From positions 427 through 64,426 of the forward strand of contig JBILDU010000004.1 in assembly GCA_044352465.1 (NCBI GenBank): a stretch of DNA of 64,000 nucleotides, given 5' to 3'. Under the pieces are notes generated by a model. The model searched no databases, was not told the origin of the DNA, and worked only from the letters and a program-made list of their open reading frames with translations. The stretch is from Bdellovibrionota bacterium. GTDB lineage: Bacteria; Bdellovibrionota_C; UBA2361. The position numbers and the translations under genes are program-made. Shown here one piece after another: positions 45,034 to 57,130 of the stretch (positions are counted from its first letter, which is position 1; every line of letters starts with the position of its first letter).

Positions 45034-46371
45034 ATGAAAGTCGATATGGTGATGCCCCAGATGGGCGAGTCGATCGCGGAAGCTACGGTTTCAAAGTGGC
45101 GCAAAAACCCCGGCGATAAGGTTGAGAAAGATGAGATCATCCTCGAAATCTCGACCGACAAGGTCGACTCGGAGATCCCCTCCCCCGCGACCGGCACTTT
45201 GGTGGAGGTTCTTTTTAAACAAGGCGACGTCGTTCCGGTAAAGACTAAGATTGCGGTCATCGACACGGCCGGTGGTGCGGCGGCTCAACCTGCAGCTCCG
45301 CAAGCTGAAGCCCCCGCTCCAGCGGCGGCACCGGTTCAGGCCGCAGCTCCGAAAGCCGCACCGATCGCGGTCGCGTGTGCAGCGCCCGCCGCGCCAGCCC
45401 ACGACGAGGGAAGCCGTTTCTATTCTCCGCTTGTACGAAGCCTTGCAGAGAAGCACGGCGTCTCAGTTCAGGAGCTCGGCGCAATTCAAGGCTCCGGCGA
45501 GGGTGGTCGGGTGAATAAAACTGACTTCATGAATTACATCCAGAATCGGGGTGCCGGCGCCGCTCCAGTGCAAGGGAACCTCGCTATCGCCGAGGCTCCC
45601 CGCGCGGTGGCTGCCCCTGCCCCAACGGCGAAGTCCGCGCCGGTCGAGATGCCGAGCCTCGATTGGGGCCCAGATGGAACGAAGATCGTCCCAATGGACA
45701 ACATGCGCCAGGCGATCGCCGACCACATGGTCCGCTCCAAACACACGAGCCCCCACGTCTACTCGATGCAAGAGGTCGATATGACCGCCGTATCGAAGTG
45801 GCGCGCGAAGAATCAAGCCGCTTTCCTGCAGAAAGAGGGCTTTAAGCTTAGCTTTACTCCGTTCTTCCTCGAAGCCACGGTGCAAGCGCTCATGCGATTT
45901 CCGTATGTGAACTGCTCGCTCGACGGGAAGAAGATTATCCTCAAGAAGAATGTGAACCTCGGCTGCGCCGTGGCACTGGGGAACACCGGACTGATCGTGC
46001 CGGTGATTAAAAAAGCCGAGGAGAAGAACTTCGTCGGGCTCGCCCGAGGGCTTAACGACCTCGCGCTTCGCGCGCGCAACAAGAAGCTCCTCCCCGACGA
46101 TGTTGCGGGAGGAACGTTTACGGTGACGAACCCCGGGGTATTCGGCACGATTATTGGGACGCCGATAATCAACCAACCCCAAGTTGCTATTTTGTGCCTC
46201 GGCGCCATCGTGAAACGCCCGGTCGTCATCGACGACATGATCGCGATTCGCGAGATGTGTTATCTGACCCTCTCATACGATCACCGCATCGTCGACGGCT
46301 CGCTCGGTGGACAGTTCTTGGCGTTCATCCGTGAGTACCTCGAGGGTTGGGATCCAAACCGCTCGTTGTAG
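45034..46371 (+). CDS. Dihydrolipoamide acyltransferase (E2)
   Basis: Lipoyl domain (EISTDKVDSEIPSP), Ala/Pro linker, subunit-binding domain (SPLVRSLAEKHGV) and catalytic LSYDHRIVDG. Confidence 0.9.
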   Translation: MKVDMVMPQMGESIAEATVSKWRKNPGDKVEKDEIILEISTDKVDSEIPSPATGTLVEVLFKQGDVVPVKTKIAVIDTAGGAAAQPAAPQAEAPAPAAAPVQAAAPKAAPIAVACAAPAAPAHDEGSRFYSPLVRSLAEKHGVSVQELGAIQGSGEGGRVNKTDFMNYIQNRGAGAAPVQGNLAIAEAPRAVAAPAPTAKSAPVEMPSLDWGPDGTKIVPMDNMRQAIADHMVRSKHTSPHVYSMQEVDMTAVSKWRAKNQAAFLQKEGFKLSFTPFFLEATVQALMRFPYVNCSLDGKKIILKKNVNLGCAVALGNTGLIVPVIKKAEEKNFVGLARGLNDLALRARNKKLLPDDVAGGTFTVTNPGVFGTIIGTPIINQPQVAILCLGAIVKRPVVIDDMIAIREMCYLTLSYDHRIVDGSLGGQFLAFIREYLEGWDPNRSL

Positions 46372-46377
46372 AAAAGT

Positions 46378-46932
46378 ATGCGTGTCATCGCCGGAACGGC
46401 CAAAGGGCGTAAGCTACTCGCCGTTCCGGGGGACGGGACCCGGCCGATCTTGGATCGGGTCAAAACCGCCCTTTTTGATATCCTCCGCCCCGAGATACAA
46501 GGGGCTAAGATGCTCGACCTATTTGCGGGGAGCGGGGCTGTGGGGATCGAAGCGCTCAGCCAAGGCGCAAGTCACTGCACTTTCCTCGACCTCAGCCGCC
46601 CAGCCGTTGAGACGATTAAGCAGAACCTCGCCGCGACGGGATTGGTTGCCAGCGCCGAGGTCAGGCACTATGATGCCTTTAGTTTCTTGAGGAACTCTTC
46701 GAAATCGTTCGACCTGATTTACGTAGCGCCACCACAGTATGAAGCGTTGTGGGTTCAAGCGATGCAGACCATCGCGGAGCGCCCGGAGATCGTAACGCCC
46801 ACTGGCCTGATCGTCGTGCAGATCGACCCGAAGGAATACGAGGCCCTCACCCTCGCTCCGTTTCGCGAAACCGAACAGCGCAAATATGGCAACACCCTCC
46901 TCGTCTTCTACCGCCCAACTGTTCCGCTGTAA
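46378..46932 (+). CDS. rsmD: 16S rRNA (guanine966-N2)-methyltransferase RsmD
   Basis: MRVIAGTAKGRKL...TRPILDRVKTALFDIL...LDLFAGSGAVGIEALSQGA. Confidence 0.88.
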   Translation: MRVIAGTAKGRKLLAVPGDGTRPILDRVKTALFDILRPEIQGAKMLDLFAGSGAVGIEALSQGASHCTFLDLSRPAVETIKQNLAATGLVASAEVRHYDAFSFLRNSSKSFDLIYVAPPQYEALWVQAMQTIAERPEIVTPTGLIVVQIDPKEYEALTLAPFRETEQRKYGNTLLVFYRPTVPL

Positions 46933-46953
46933 CGGGGAGGAAGCTTAATCACC

Positions 46954-48846
46954 ATGGTGCACGGTCACGGCAAAGGCAATTCAGCAGGGCACATTGCGGC
47001 GCTAACGCTGGGCGCTCTCGGCGTCGTCTTCGGCGATATCGGCACAAGCCCGCTCTACGCTCTGCGCGAGTGTTTTCACGGCCCCCACGCAGCGGAGTTA
47101 AGCCCAACAACTCTTTACGGGGTGCTCTCGCTCATGTTTTGGGCGCTCATCGCGGTCGTGAGCCTCAAGTATATCCTCTTCGTCATGCGCGCTGATAATA
47201 AAGGAGAGGGGGGTGAAATGGCGCTTCTCGCGCTCATTAACAAACACCGCCCGCAAGACATCCACTCATCACGCCGCATCTTTATCTTTCTCGGCATATT
47301 CGGTGCGGCGCTCATCTACGGCGATGGGATGATAACCCCGGCTATCTCGGTCGTCAGCGCCGTCGAGGGACTAAAGATCGCCACTCCGATCTTTGAGCCC
47401 TACGTTGTCCCGATAACGCTCGTCATCTTAACGATCCTCTTCGCTTTTCAAAAATACGGTACGGCGAAGATCGGTGCTGTTTTCGGGCCGATTATCTGTG
47501 TATGGTTCGTCACCCTCGGCGTACTGGGGATCGGGGGCATCGCGCTTCATCCCGAGATCCTTTACTCGCTGAGCCCCACCTACGCGTTCGAGTACTTTCA
47601 TACACTCGGCTGGCGTGGCTTTGCGATCCTCGGCGGGGTTTTCCTCGTCCTTACCGGAGCCGAGGCGCTCTACGCCGACATGGGACACTTCGGCCGATTA
47701 CCGATCCGGATCGGCTGGTTCGGATTGGTGTTTCCGAGTCTCATGCTCAACTACCTCGGCCAGGGAGCGCTCATCCTGCACGACCAAACCGCGCTCGAGA
47801 ATCCATTCTATAAACTCGCTCCGGACTGGTTCCTCCTCCCCCTCGTAGCGCTGGCAACCCTCGCAACGATCGTGGCCTCCCAGGCACTTATCTCTGGAGC
47901 TTTTTCGATTACCCGCCAAGCGGTGCAGCTCGGGTTTCTCCCCCGCCTTGAAATCCGACACACCTCGTCGGAGGAGATCGGTCAGATCTACATCCCGCTC
48001 GTCAACTGGGTTCTCTTTGCGGCGGTCGTGTGGCTCGTCCTCACTTTTCAGACCTCGACCCGCCTAGCCGATGCGTACGGCGTCGCCGTATCGACGACGA
48101 TGATCGTTACCACGATCCTCACGATCTACATCGCCGCAACGGTTTGGCGCTGGAACCGGTACGTCATCGGGCTGCTCCTCGTCACCCTTTTGGTGATCGA
48201 CATTGCTTTTTTTGCGGCTAACTTCTCCAAGTTTTTCCGCGGTGGTTGGTTCCCTCTCACCGTCGGCATCGTGGTCTTCGTCATCATGTCGACCTGGAAA
48301 CGGGGGCGGGCGCTTCTTTCCCGGAGACTCCAAGAGCGGCTCCCTGCGCCGGATAAGTTCCTGAAGGAGGCGTTGAAGTCGAACCCGCGACGGCTTCCCG
48401 GCACGGCGATCTTTATGGCGCGAAGCCCCAACTCCACTCCTTCGGCGCTCTTCCATAACTTCCAGCACAATCAGGTACTCCATCAGCGGGTCATCATCCT
48501 CACGGTGAACACCGAAGAGATCCCGCACGTTCCAGCCGAGGGTCGTATCGAGCTCGACCCCTTAGGCAACTCCTTCTTTGCGGTCACCCTTCACTACGGC
48601 TTTATGGATACGCCGAACATCCCGGAGGCGCTGCGAGGACTTGTCGTGCATGGCATCGAGCTTCTCCCGGTGTCCACGACGTATTACTTAAGCCGGGAAA
48701 CACTCATCGCGACACCACTGCCTGGTATGGCGCTTTGGCGCGAAATACTCTTCGTGTTTATGTCCCGCAACGCCCAGCGCGCTGCAACGTATTATCGAAT
48801 CCCCTCGCAGCAAGTAGTAGAGATCGGGGTGCAGGTGGAGCTTTAG
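46954..48846 (+). CDS. kup: Kup/HAK/KT potassium uptake protein
   Basis: LGALGVVFGDIGTSPLYAL N-terminal signature and about 12 TM segments. Confidence 0.93.
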   Translation: MVHGHGKGNSAGHIAALTLGALGVVFGDIGTSPLYALRECFHGPHAAELSPTTLYGVLSLMFWALIAVVSLKYILFVMRADNKGEGGEMALLALINKHRPQDIHSSRRIFIFLGIFGAALIYGDGMITPAISVVSAVEGLKIATPIFEPYVVPITLVILTILFAFQKYGTAKIGAVFGPIICVWFVTLGVLGIGGIALHPEILYSLSPTYAFEYFHTLGWRGFAILGGVFLVLTGAEALYADMGHFGRLPIRIGWFGLVFPSLMLNYLGQGALILHDQTALENPFYKLAPDWFLLPLVALATLATIVASQALISGAFSITRQAVQLGFLPRLEIRHTSSEEIGQIYIPLVNWVLFAAVVWLVLTFQTSTRLADAYGVAVSTTMIVTTILTIYIAATVWRWNRYVIGLLLVTLLVIDIAFFAANFSKFFRGGWFPLTVGIVVFVIMSTWKRGRALLSRRLQERLPAPDKFLKEALKSNPRRLPGTAIFMARSPNSTPSALFHNFQHNQVLHQRVIILTVNTEEIPHVPAEGRIELDPLGNSFFAVTLHYGFMDTPNIPEALRGLVVHGIELLPVSTTYYLSRETLIATPLPGMALWREILFVFMSRNAQRAATYYRIPSQQVVEIGVQVEL

Positions 48847-48887
48847 AGATCCTCGCTCACGACGAGCGCTGTTGGTAAGGCGTGCAA

Positions 48888-49109
48888 GGTCCGACAGAGT
48901 CGGACCCTCCAGAGGTCTTTGAAGGAGATTCGAACACGGGGGAGGGCGGAATTCTATCTGGCTGAGGAATGCCGCCGCCGATTCAAGTCGGTTGGAGGTT
49001 CGGACTCTGTCCGACCGGCGGGCACCACCGGGGAGGCGAGCACAGCCCGACAGAGTCGGGCTCTCCACCGAAATCACCCCAATGTGGAGGGCCGAATTCT
49101 ATCCGGCCG
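48888..49109. repeat. Cluster of REP-like palindromes of the same family as at 24.9-25.35 kb
   Basis: Forward copies GGTCCGACAGAGTCGGACC+CTCCA (48888-48911) and AGCCCGACAGAGTCGGGCT+CTCCA (49044-49067). Inverted copy TGGAGG+TTCGGACTCTGTCCGACC (48993-49016). Variant GGAGGGC(C/G)GAATTCTATC copies at about 48941 and 49085. Confidence 0.8.
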
Positions 49110-49197
49110 AACCGTCTCATTTTCGGCGTAATAAAACCCTTTAACCGCATCCTCGAAGGCGATATCATCGCGCAGTTCTTTCTTTTTTAGGAGATCT

Positions 49198-49554
49198 ATG
49201 AAGAACCTCGTCGTCGCTCTCGCGCTCTTTATCGTTGGTGCACCGCTCGCTGCGAGCGCCACACCACACTGCCAACCGTGCCCTTACTCGTGCGCGGATC
49301 TAGGTCTTGGCAGAAAAGATTGTAGCCAACTCAGTGAGTCGCGTGGCCTCTGTTGCGTTGACCTCACTCAACGGGGTCTCGAGCTTGCCAAGGAGCAAGA
49401 GCGGCTTCTCGGGAGAGGCAACGGCGGCACCCCCTGCCCCGTAGGCTTTACACCAAGCGAGCAACGGTGCAGCGACAACGAGCGTAAGCGTGGGTGCCGC
49501 GATCAACGGGTCGGACCGGAGCGGAAAGGCTGCGTGAGTGAGGGATTCCGGTAA
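49198..49554 (+). CDS. Small secreted cysteine-rich protein
   Basis: Signal peptide MKNLVVALALFIVGAPLAASA and ten Cys residues in the ~97-aa mature part. I recognise no family. Confidence 0.45.
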   Translation: MKNLVVALALFIVGAPLAASATPHCQPCPYSCADLGLGRKDCSQLSESRGLCCVDLTQRGLELAKEQERLLGRGNGGTPCPVGFTPSEQRCSDNERKRGCRDQRVGPERKGCVSEGFR

Positions 49555-49575
49555 TCACCCCCAGCAGACTATCGT

Positions 49576-49596
49576 GGGCCCCGCTCTTCGGGGCCC
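49576..49596 (+). terminator. 8-bp GC hairpin after the small ORF (terminator-like, no T-tract)
   Basis: gggccccg - ctctt - cggggccc. Confidence 0.35.
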
Positions 49597-50071
49597 CCTC
49601 ATGGAGCAGAGACGAAAGCGCCGTACCAGGAAAGCCTCTTGCCTCTCCAGCACCGCCCATTGCTCGACACACCGCATGGAAATAATTCCTCTCTCAACTC
49701 GAGCGAACTGAGACGATGACCTGCTTCGGCGATACCGATAGCTTCACGAGAGAACGGCGATCTCCGAATCTACGGGGACGGATCCGCTGGGACGAAGAGC
49801 GTCGCGGCAGACGGAAGCCTCGGTGACGACAGCAACACGATGTACGTCAATTTTACGGTCAATAGCGGAATCATTCAGGTAGTGCCGGCTACGTCTTGAG
49901 GCGCACTATTTACCAGCAGCTCCGGGGAGATTCCGCCCCAAACATCGCCTCATCGAGGGATCACTCCGGGAGAGGCCGGCAACGGGTAATCCTCCCACGG
50001 GGAAAGTTACCACTGGTATCTTTCGCGGAGGACGCTTAGCAGATGAGCCGCCCCCATCTGACGGGGCTATC

Positions 50072-50428
50072 CTACCGCAGATCACCGACGTAAAACTGAA
50101 TATCGCTTACCGTAGCGTCACCGCTTAGAAACTTTTTAAGACGCCCCAGGATCACATCTTTTTGAAAGCTTAACTCCTGCGCCCACGCGGAGTTTGCAAC
50201 ACGCACGACGAGGGCATCTTTACGGATACATTCAGGGCGGGTGCGCTTCGCAATCTCCTCACCCACGATCTCCTTCCAGTGCAGGACGAACTTGTACCGC
50301 GCGATATCTTTATCGATCCCGTATTTTTTAAGGGCGAGGGCGAGCACTTTTTCTGCTGCAACGGGATCGCGACGACGTGGACGAATATTCGGGTCCCGGA
50401 TGATGATGTTGCGATTTGCTACCGGCAT
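50072..50428 (-). CDS. DUF721/DciA-like protein
   Basis: LHWKEIVGEEIAKRTRPECIRKDALVVRVANSAWAQELSFQKDVIL follows the DUF721 pattern. Confidence 0.7.
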   Translation of the reverse strand: MPVANRNIIIRDPNIRPRRRDPVAAEKVLALALKKYGIDKDIARYKFVLHWKEIVGEEIAKRTRPECIRKDALVVRVANSAWAQELSFQKDVILGRLKKFLSGDATVSDIQFYVGDLR

Positions 50429-50476
50429 CTTTTCTCCCTCTTCGCTGAGGCCGTGAAGCGAGCGACTCAGAGCTAT

Positions 50477-50770
50477 TTACTCGTTCGCCTGGGGCGATTT
50501 CTTATCGAAAATGACGACAAGCTCATCGGGGCGCGCGAGGCCCAACTCATTACGCGCCGCCTTCTCAAGCCCCCGCGCGTCATGGCGGACAGCATATACC
50601 TTTTCTTGAAGTGACTGAACTTCGGCTTGGAGTTCGAGGTTCTTTTTTCGCTGCGCCTCGAGACTCGTCTCCAGTGAGGCGACACGGGGAAAACTGCCCC
50701 CGCCAACGAGCGATAAAACGGTTGTCACAACCGCGAAGACTAAAAGGGCCAAAAACATGAGGGGCTTCAT
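50477..50770 (-). CDS. ftsB: Cell division protein FtsB/DivIC-like (septum formation initiator)
   Basis: An N-terminal TM segment, a coiled coil (LEAQRKKNLELQAEVQSLQEKV) and ARNELGLARPDELVVIF. Confidence 0.75.
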   Translation of the reverse strand: MKPLMFLALLVFAVVTTVLSLVGGGSFPRVASLETSLEAQRKKNLELQAEVQSLQEKVYAVRHDARGLEKAARNELGLARPDELVVIFDKKSPQANE

Positions 50771-50793
50771 GCGGTTAGGATAAACGAGGTTGA

Positions 50794-52164
<1,371 letters not shown>

Positions 52165-52178
52165 GTAGGACGGTAAGG

Positions 52179-53681
52179 GTGGCTCCATATTGCCTCGCGG
52201 TCCTCGCAGCTACACTCTTCGGTCTCGCGTGGTGGATTCCCGGCACTCCATTATGCGCCGCGCTGGGATGGCTCTCAGCGGTAGTTCTCGTCGCATTCGT
52301 GCGACGCTACCCCATCTACCGAGCAGCGTACCTCGGTGGCGTGGCTCTTTATGCCCTCGGGTTTTACTGGCTATTTACCACGATCAAAGATTTCGGGGGT
52401 TTTCCCACAACGCCGGCGGCCGCGATTTTCGCGCTATTTGTGGGGGTTTCAGCCCTCCAATTTGTCGCGTTTCTTTTTCTATATAAAAACCTTCCGCAAG
52501 GCCTCGAGCGATTTTCGCTGCGCACCGCCGTGGCATGGACGGTAGCTGAGTTCGCAGTCTTCAAGATCTTTCCCTGGGCATGGGGGCATACTCAGCTGGC
52601 CTTCACACCGCTCGCTCAGGTGGCTGATCTTGCCGGGGTGCCACTCGTCACCTTCGTTCTCTTTTGGTGCGCCGAGACGCTGTACCGGACCATTTTTGAA
52701 CGACCACATCGCAGCGCGGTTGTGCCCTCCCTACTCTCGTTGTCGCTGTTGCTCGGGTACGGAGCGCTCCGTGCCCGGGAGTTTGCTGCGCCGACGGGAA
52801 TCCCGCAGCCGGTGGCGCTCATCCAGGCAAACCTCACCATTCGCGAGAAGGGCAACATTAAGTTTTTCGAGGCGAATCTTCGCCGGTATATCGATCTCAC
52901 GGATCAAGTCGTACGGCCCGGCATCCTCGTCATATGGCCGGAATCGATATTCAACGAGTTTATCGCGGCGACGATCGGGTCGGTAAAAGGAGACCCCCGT
53001 ATCCCCTTCTGGAATAACGGGGTATCGCTCCTTATCGGTGCACTCACCTTTACCTCTCGCACTGAGTATCACAACAGCGCTCTCGCCATCATGCCGGACG
53101 GCACGATCCCGCCGCCGTACCACAAACAGATTTTGATGCCGTTCGGTGAATATACCCCGCTGGCGGGCCTTTTCCCTTGGATTAAAGAGCTCAACGCCAC
53201 CGCTGGCGAGTTTACCGCGGGGCGAGATATCACCGTGTTTCGATTTCCCGCAGCCAACGGCAATGCGGACTTCGGTGTCGCCCCCCTCATTTGTTATGAA
53301 GATATCGTGCCGGGCCTCTCACGGGCGGCGACCCAACAAGGCGCGACCCTCTTAGTCAACATGACGAACGACGCGTGGTTCGGCGATACCGCAGCTCCGC
53401 ACCAGCACCACCTCATCGCCGCATGGCGCGCGATAGAGAATCGGCGCTACCTTATCCGCTCGACCAATTCAGGGCTGACAGCCATCGTGGATCCTCTCGG
53501 TAAAACGGTGGTCGAACTGCCGACCTTTGCGGAGGGTATTCTCGAAGCGGCAGTGGTACCGCTGTATGACCTCACTCCCTACACCCGCTTTGTCGGCGAT
53601 TATCCGTGGTGGGTTCTCACCATCGGAGCCCTCTTGGGGACCCTGAGAAACCTGCGCCGTAGGCCTGGGGGCGCTGCCTAG
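52179..53681 (+). CDS. lnt: Apolipoprotein N-acyltransferase
   Basis: Multi-TM N-terminus and a CN-hydrolase domain with WPES and ICYEDIVP (catalytic Cys). The GTG 52179 start is preferred because the ORF from 52089 would overlap eno. Confidence 0.88.
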   Translation: MAPYCLAVLAATLFGLAWWIPGTPLCAALGWLSAVVLVAFVRRYPIYRAAYLGGVALYALGFYWLFTTIKDFGGFPTTPAAAIFALFVGVSALQFVAFLFLYKNLPQGLERFSLRTAVAWTVAEFAVFKIFPWAWGHTQLAFTPLAQVADLAGVPLVTFVLFWCAETLYRTIFERPHRSAVVPSLLSLSLLLGYGALRAREFAAPTGIPQPVALIQANLTIREKGNIKFFEANLRRYIDLTDQVVRPGILVIWPESIFNEFIAATIGSVKGDPRIPFWNNGVSLLIGALTFTSRTEYHNSALAIMPDGTIPPPYHKQILMPFGEYTPLAGLFPWIKELNATAGEFTAGRDITVFRFPAANGNADFGVAPLICYEDIVPGLSRAATQQGATLLVNMTNDAWFGDTAAPHQHHLIAAWRAIENRRYLIRSTNSGLTAIVDPLGKTVVELPTFAEGILEAAVVPLYDLTPYTRFVGDYPWWVLTIGALLGTLRNLRRRPGGAA

Positions 53682-53809
53682 GGATATTCCGAACGAGTCC
53701 CCTCTACAGACTCATGTAGAAGCTGGAAGCTTCGGAAAGTCCGAAACCGGGTCTTTTTGAAGCGCCATACTTATTGTAGCCTGATTTTGTCTACTATTTG
53801 GGACTACCT

Positions 53810-54511
53810 ATGCAGCTCTCCATCCGCAGCACAGTTTCGATAAGCCTCCTCGCTTTTTTCATGCTCGGATGTAGCAACCCTCAGCCAGGCCCTGATAAGA
53901 CCGCAGCCGGCATGGTGCTCGGTGCGGGCTGGGGCGCAGGAAGTGGTGTCATCATCGGGCATCAACTCGACGTACCGGGTGAAGGTGCCGCGATCGGCGC
54001 GGGGTTCGGCGCAGTACACGGAGCGATAACCGGTGCGGGATACGACATGGCAGAGGGGGCGATTTTAAAAGAAAAGCGTGAACTTGCCTCGCTGAAAGTG
54101 CAGAACCTTGCGAACACCCGCGAGCTCGCCCAGATTCAAGCGAAGCTCGATGACGCTGCGGTAGGTGATGTGGGTGGTGGAGTGTACCAGGTTTTTTTCG
54201 ACCTCGACGCCACGAGCTTGAAGGCGGGCTCAGTTGCAAACGTGCAAACCATCGCTGATTCTTTAAAGCGTAGCCCGGCAGCGTATAAGATAAACGTTGT
54301 CGGCCACGCCGACGATTCAGGAAATCCTGAATATAACGAACGCCTCGCTGAATCTCGCGCACGTACAGTGAGCACACTTCTCGGCTCCCATGGGGTAAGC
54401 ATGGATCAGATCGCTGTATCGAGCTTCGGATCGAAACGCCCCCTCGTGACGAATACCACCGCCGAGGGCCGGCAGCTTAATCGGCGGGTCGACATCTTTA
54501 TCGGGCGGTAG
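53810..54511 (+). CDS. OmpA-family lipoprotein (glycine-zipper N-domain, OmpA_C peptidoglycan-binding domain)
   Basis: Lipobox FMLGC. The C-terminus is NVVGHADDSGNPEYNERLAESRARTV...GRQLNRRVDIFI. Confidence 0.8.
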   Translation: MQLSIRSTVSISLLAFFMLGCSNPQPGPDKTAAGMVLGAGWGAGSGVIIGHQLDVPGEGAAIGAGFGAVHGAITGAGYDMAEGAILKEKRELASLKVQNLANTRELAQIQAKLDDAAVGDVGGGVYQVFFDLDATSLKAGSVANVQTIADSLKRSPAAYKINVVGHADDSGNPEYNERLAESRARTVSTLLGSHGVSMDQIAVSSFGSKRPLVTNTTAEGRQLNRRVDIFIGR

Positions 54512-54598
54512 GAGCACCACCCTTCAATATTCGCATTCGAAATGGTATGGTTCCGGTGCAAGAGGCGCCAAGAGGCGCTCCTATCCGGAGCCAAGACC

Positions 54599-55744
54599 AT
54601 GACCGAAGCATTTATCATCGACGCCGTTCGTACCCCCCGCTCACGTCGGAAGGGTAAGTTTAGCTCCGTGCACCCGGCCGATCTCCTCACCTTTCCGCTG
54701 AACGCCCTCAAGGAGCGCCACAACCTTCCCCTCGACCAGGTGGAGGATGTCGTTATGGGATGTGTGACCCAGACCGGAGAGCAAGGGTGGTGTATCGCCC
54801 GTTCGAGTGTGCTCGCCGCGGGATGGCCTCACACCGTTCCGGCCACGACGGTGAACCGTCTGTGCGGCTCAGGCCAACAAGCGACTAACTTCGTAGCAGC
54901 GGGCATAAAGGGCGGTACCTACGGACTCGCCATCAGCGGGGGCCTCGAGCACATGACCCGATGCACGATGTTTAGCGACATCGGTGGTGAAGAGAGTAAA
55001 TTCTTAAAGCGGCACCATCCAGACTTGGTGCAGCAAGGTCCGGCAGCAGAGCTCCTGTCGAGGGAGTTCAAGATCTCGCGTAGCCAAGCAGACGAATACG
55101 CTTACACGTCGCAGATGCGCGCGAAGACCGCTGCCGCTGAGGGGAGGTTTAAGAGCATCATCCCCGCTCAATACACGGACGAGAACGGGCAAACCCAAAC
55201 CATCTCGGCAGACGACACGATTCGGGGAGATACCACGGTTCAGGGACTGGCGACTCTAAAGACCGTGTTCGATCCGGCCGGGGTTATCACCGCTGGAAAC
55301 GCCTCGGCGATCGTCGATGGCGCTGCGGCGATCCTCCTTGCAAGCGAGCAAAAAGCGCAGGCGCTGAACCTTAAACCCCGCGCCCGAATCGCTGCAATGA
55401 AGTCGATAGGCTCACCGCCGCGGGTTATGCTCACCGGCCCGATCGAAGCGTCGCGACTCTGCCTTAAAGAGGCGGGGCTCTCAGCGAACGACATCGACCT
55501 TTGGGAGATTAACGAAGCGTTCGCGCCGGTGCCGCTCGTCACGATGCAGGAGCTAAACCTCGACCCCACGAAGGTGAACGTCAACGGCGGTGGAATATCC
55601 CTTGGTCACCCCTTGGGTGCCACCGGCGCGATGCTGATCGGCACCGCACTCGATGAGCTCGAGCGGACCGGCAAGAAGCGGGCACTCATTACGATGTGCA
55701 TCGGGCTTGGGATGGGGATCGCGACGATTATCGAGCGGGTGTAG
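54599..55744 (+). CDS. Acetyl-CoA C-acetyltransferase (thiolase)
   Basis: [10 protein letters not shown] (active-site Cys), [19 protein letters not shown] and CIGLGMG. Confidence 0.9.
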   Translation: MTEAFIIDAVRTPRSRRKGKFSSVHPADLLTFPLNALKERHNLPLDQVEDVVMGCVTQTGEQGWCIARSSVLAAGWPHTVPATTVNRLCGSGQQATNFVAAGIKGGTYGLAISGGLEHMTRCTMFSDIGGEESKFLKRHHPDLVQQGPAAELLSREFKISRSQADEYAYTSQMRAKTAAAEGRFKSIIPAQYTDENGQTQTISADDTIRGDTTVQGLATLKTVFDPAGVITAGNASAIVDGAAAILLASEQKAQALNLKPRARIAAMKSIGSPPRVMLTGPIEASRLCLKEAGLSANDIDLWEINEAFAPVPLVTMQELNLDPTKVNVNGGGISLGHPLGATGAMLIGTALDELERTGKKRALITMCIGLGMGIATIIERV

Positions 55745-55979
55745 GCCGGAACACGGCGCCCCAGAGTGCTAGCAGCGCCGCTTTTGGCCGAGCTATCGTG
55801 GCTTTTCAAAGCCACGCGGCGCGGCGTTCAAAGCCTCCAAAGAAACTGGATGATACACGAGCCAGTCGACCGGGCGTGGCTAATTCCATGTGCTCTGAAC
55901 AAATTCTGTTGCTTTTGAAAGCTCAAAAATCCCGACGCTAACGTCTAGGTCTTTGAGTGCTGGCGAGTCCGATAGGTTC

Positions 55980-56501
55980 TCATGAGGTCACCCCCACCCG
56001 CTTGGCAATACCGCTCAATTTCAAATGACAATCAGGAGCACCGTCGCTTCGACTGCTCAGTTCGATAACTAAAACGTAGCGAGCCGCCGCGCCATTTGAC
56101 TCAGAGAAAACGACCTGCTGCCTCAGTGAGGAAAAGACCCCCTCGGTAAAGAACCGCACCTCAATGGGTAGTTCGGCAGTGAAACCGCGGGGACTAACCG
56201 ACTCACCACGTACACTGACGATACCACCGATAGAAACTTGAAGCGCGGCTCCGCGATGTCTCACCTGAACTGGAAAAGTAGTTGCATCGAGGATCTCGAA
56301 GGGCCCGTTCATGCCACATGTATTTTGAATTACCGCCACCGACTCGGCCGACTCCCAAACACCATCGAGGGAAGCTGCAGCCGTCCCGGACGGCCTGCCC
56401 CAACCGATAAGAGCCGCCAAAACGATTGCGGCAACACAGAAACCACAAAGGGTATGCAATCGGTGCTGGGCAACCATGAACCGGGGACGAGGGCGAATCA
56501 C
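55980..56501 (-). CDS. Hypothetical exported protein
   Basis: ORF with an N-terminal hydrophobic segment (LCGFCVAAIVLAALIG) and no recognisable motif. Confidence 0.35.
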   Translation of the reverse strand: MIRPRPRFMVAQHRLHTLCGFCVAAIVLAALIGWGRPSGTAAASLDGVWESAESVAVIQNTCGMNGPFEILDATTFPVQVRHRGAALQVSIGGIVSVRGESVSPRGFTAELPIEVRFFTEGVFSSLRQQVVFSESNGAAARYVLVIELSSRSDGAPDCHLKLSGIAKRVGVTS

Positions 56502-57130
56502 GCGAAAACCTCAAAAAACATCAATCGAACGACCGTCGATACTACTGTTATTTATTCCCGGTTTATACATGTGCTCTAGTCGAGTGATTTTTAGCGTCAT
56601 TCAGGGGTGGAATCGAAATGCGCCCGTTCCAACGAGGACCAGGGTCCCCCAATAAGTCCCGGACAGAGCGATGCCGATGCGAGGATTTCGTAGATTTCGA
56701 ACGCGCGATCCAGAGAGAAAGGGCCCGCTACGCAGCGGGAATGAGGGCCGGATTGATGCTGGCTCATGTTTTATTCGGGGTCTGAACGGCTGCAGGTCAG
56801 AACTCCGCGCTCACGGCCCTCTCATCGAAATAACCCGAACTACTTCGCACCGCGCCCCGCACGTCACGCTTCTGTGCCCCGCTTAAAAAAGCGTTCGTTA
56901 TACAAAGTTAAATAAGAGGGGCTCCGCCCAGGAGCAATTTCATGAATTCACTTTCGAAGAGATCGCTCATACGGTTCGGCATCGGGCCACGCATTTCAAT
57001 GGCCCTGAGCAGAGAGATTTCATCTATCTTTTATCTACTTCGTAATTATTTAAGGATAACATATTAATTTCCAAAGCTTTTTTCAGCAGAGCGAGACTAC
57101 AACTAATCGAGTAAATACATTTACATTCAT

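Noticed and set aside
44207-46182. Antisense ORFs 44207-44896(-) and 45463-46182(-), of 229 and 239 aa.
   Set aside because: They lie fully inside the well-supported E1 and E2 genes on the opposite strand. They are the low-complexity, Arg-rich translations typical of GC-rich antisense frames.
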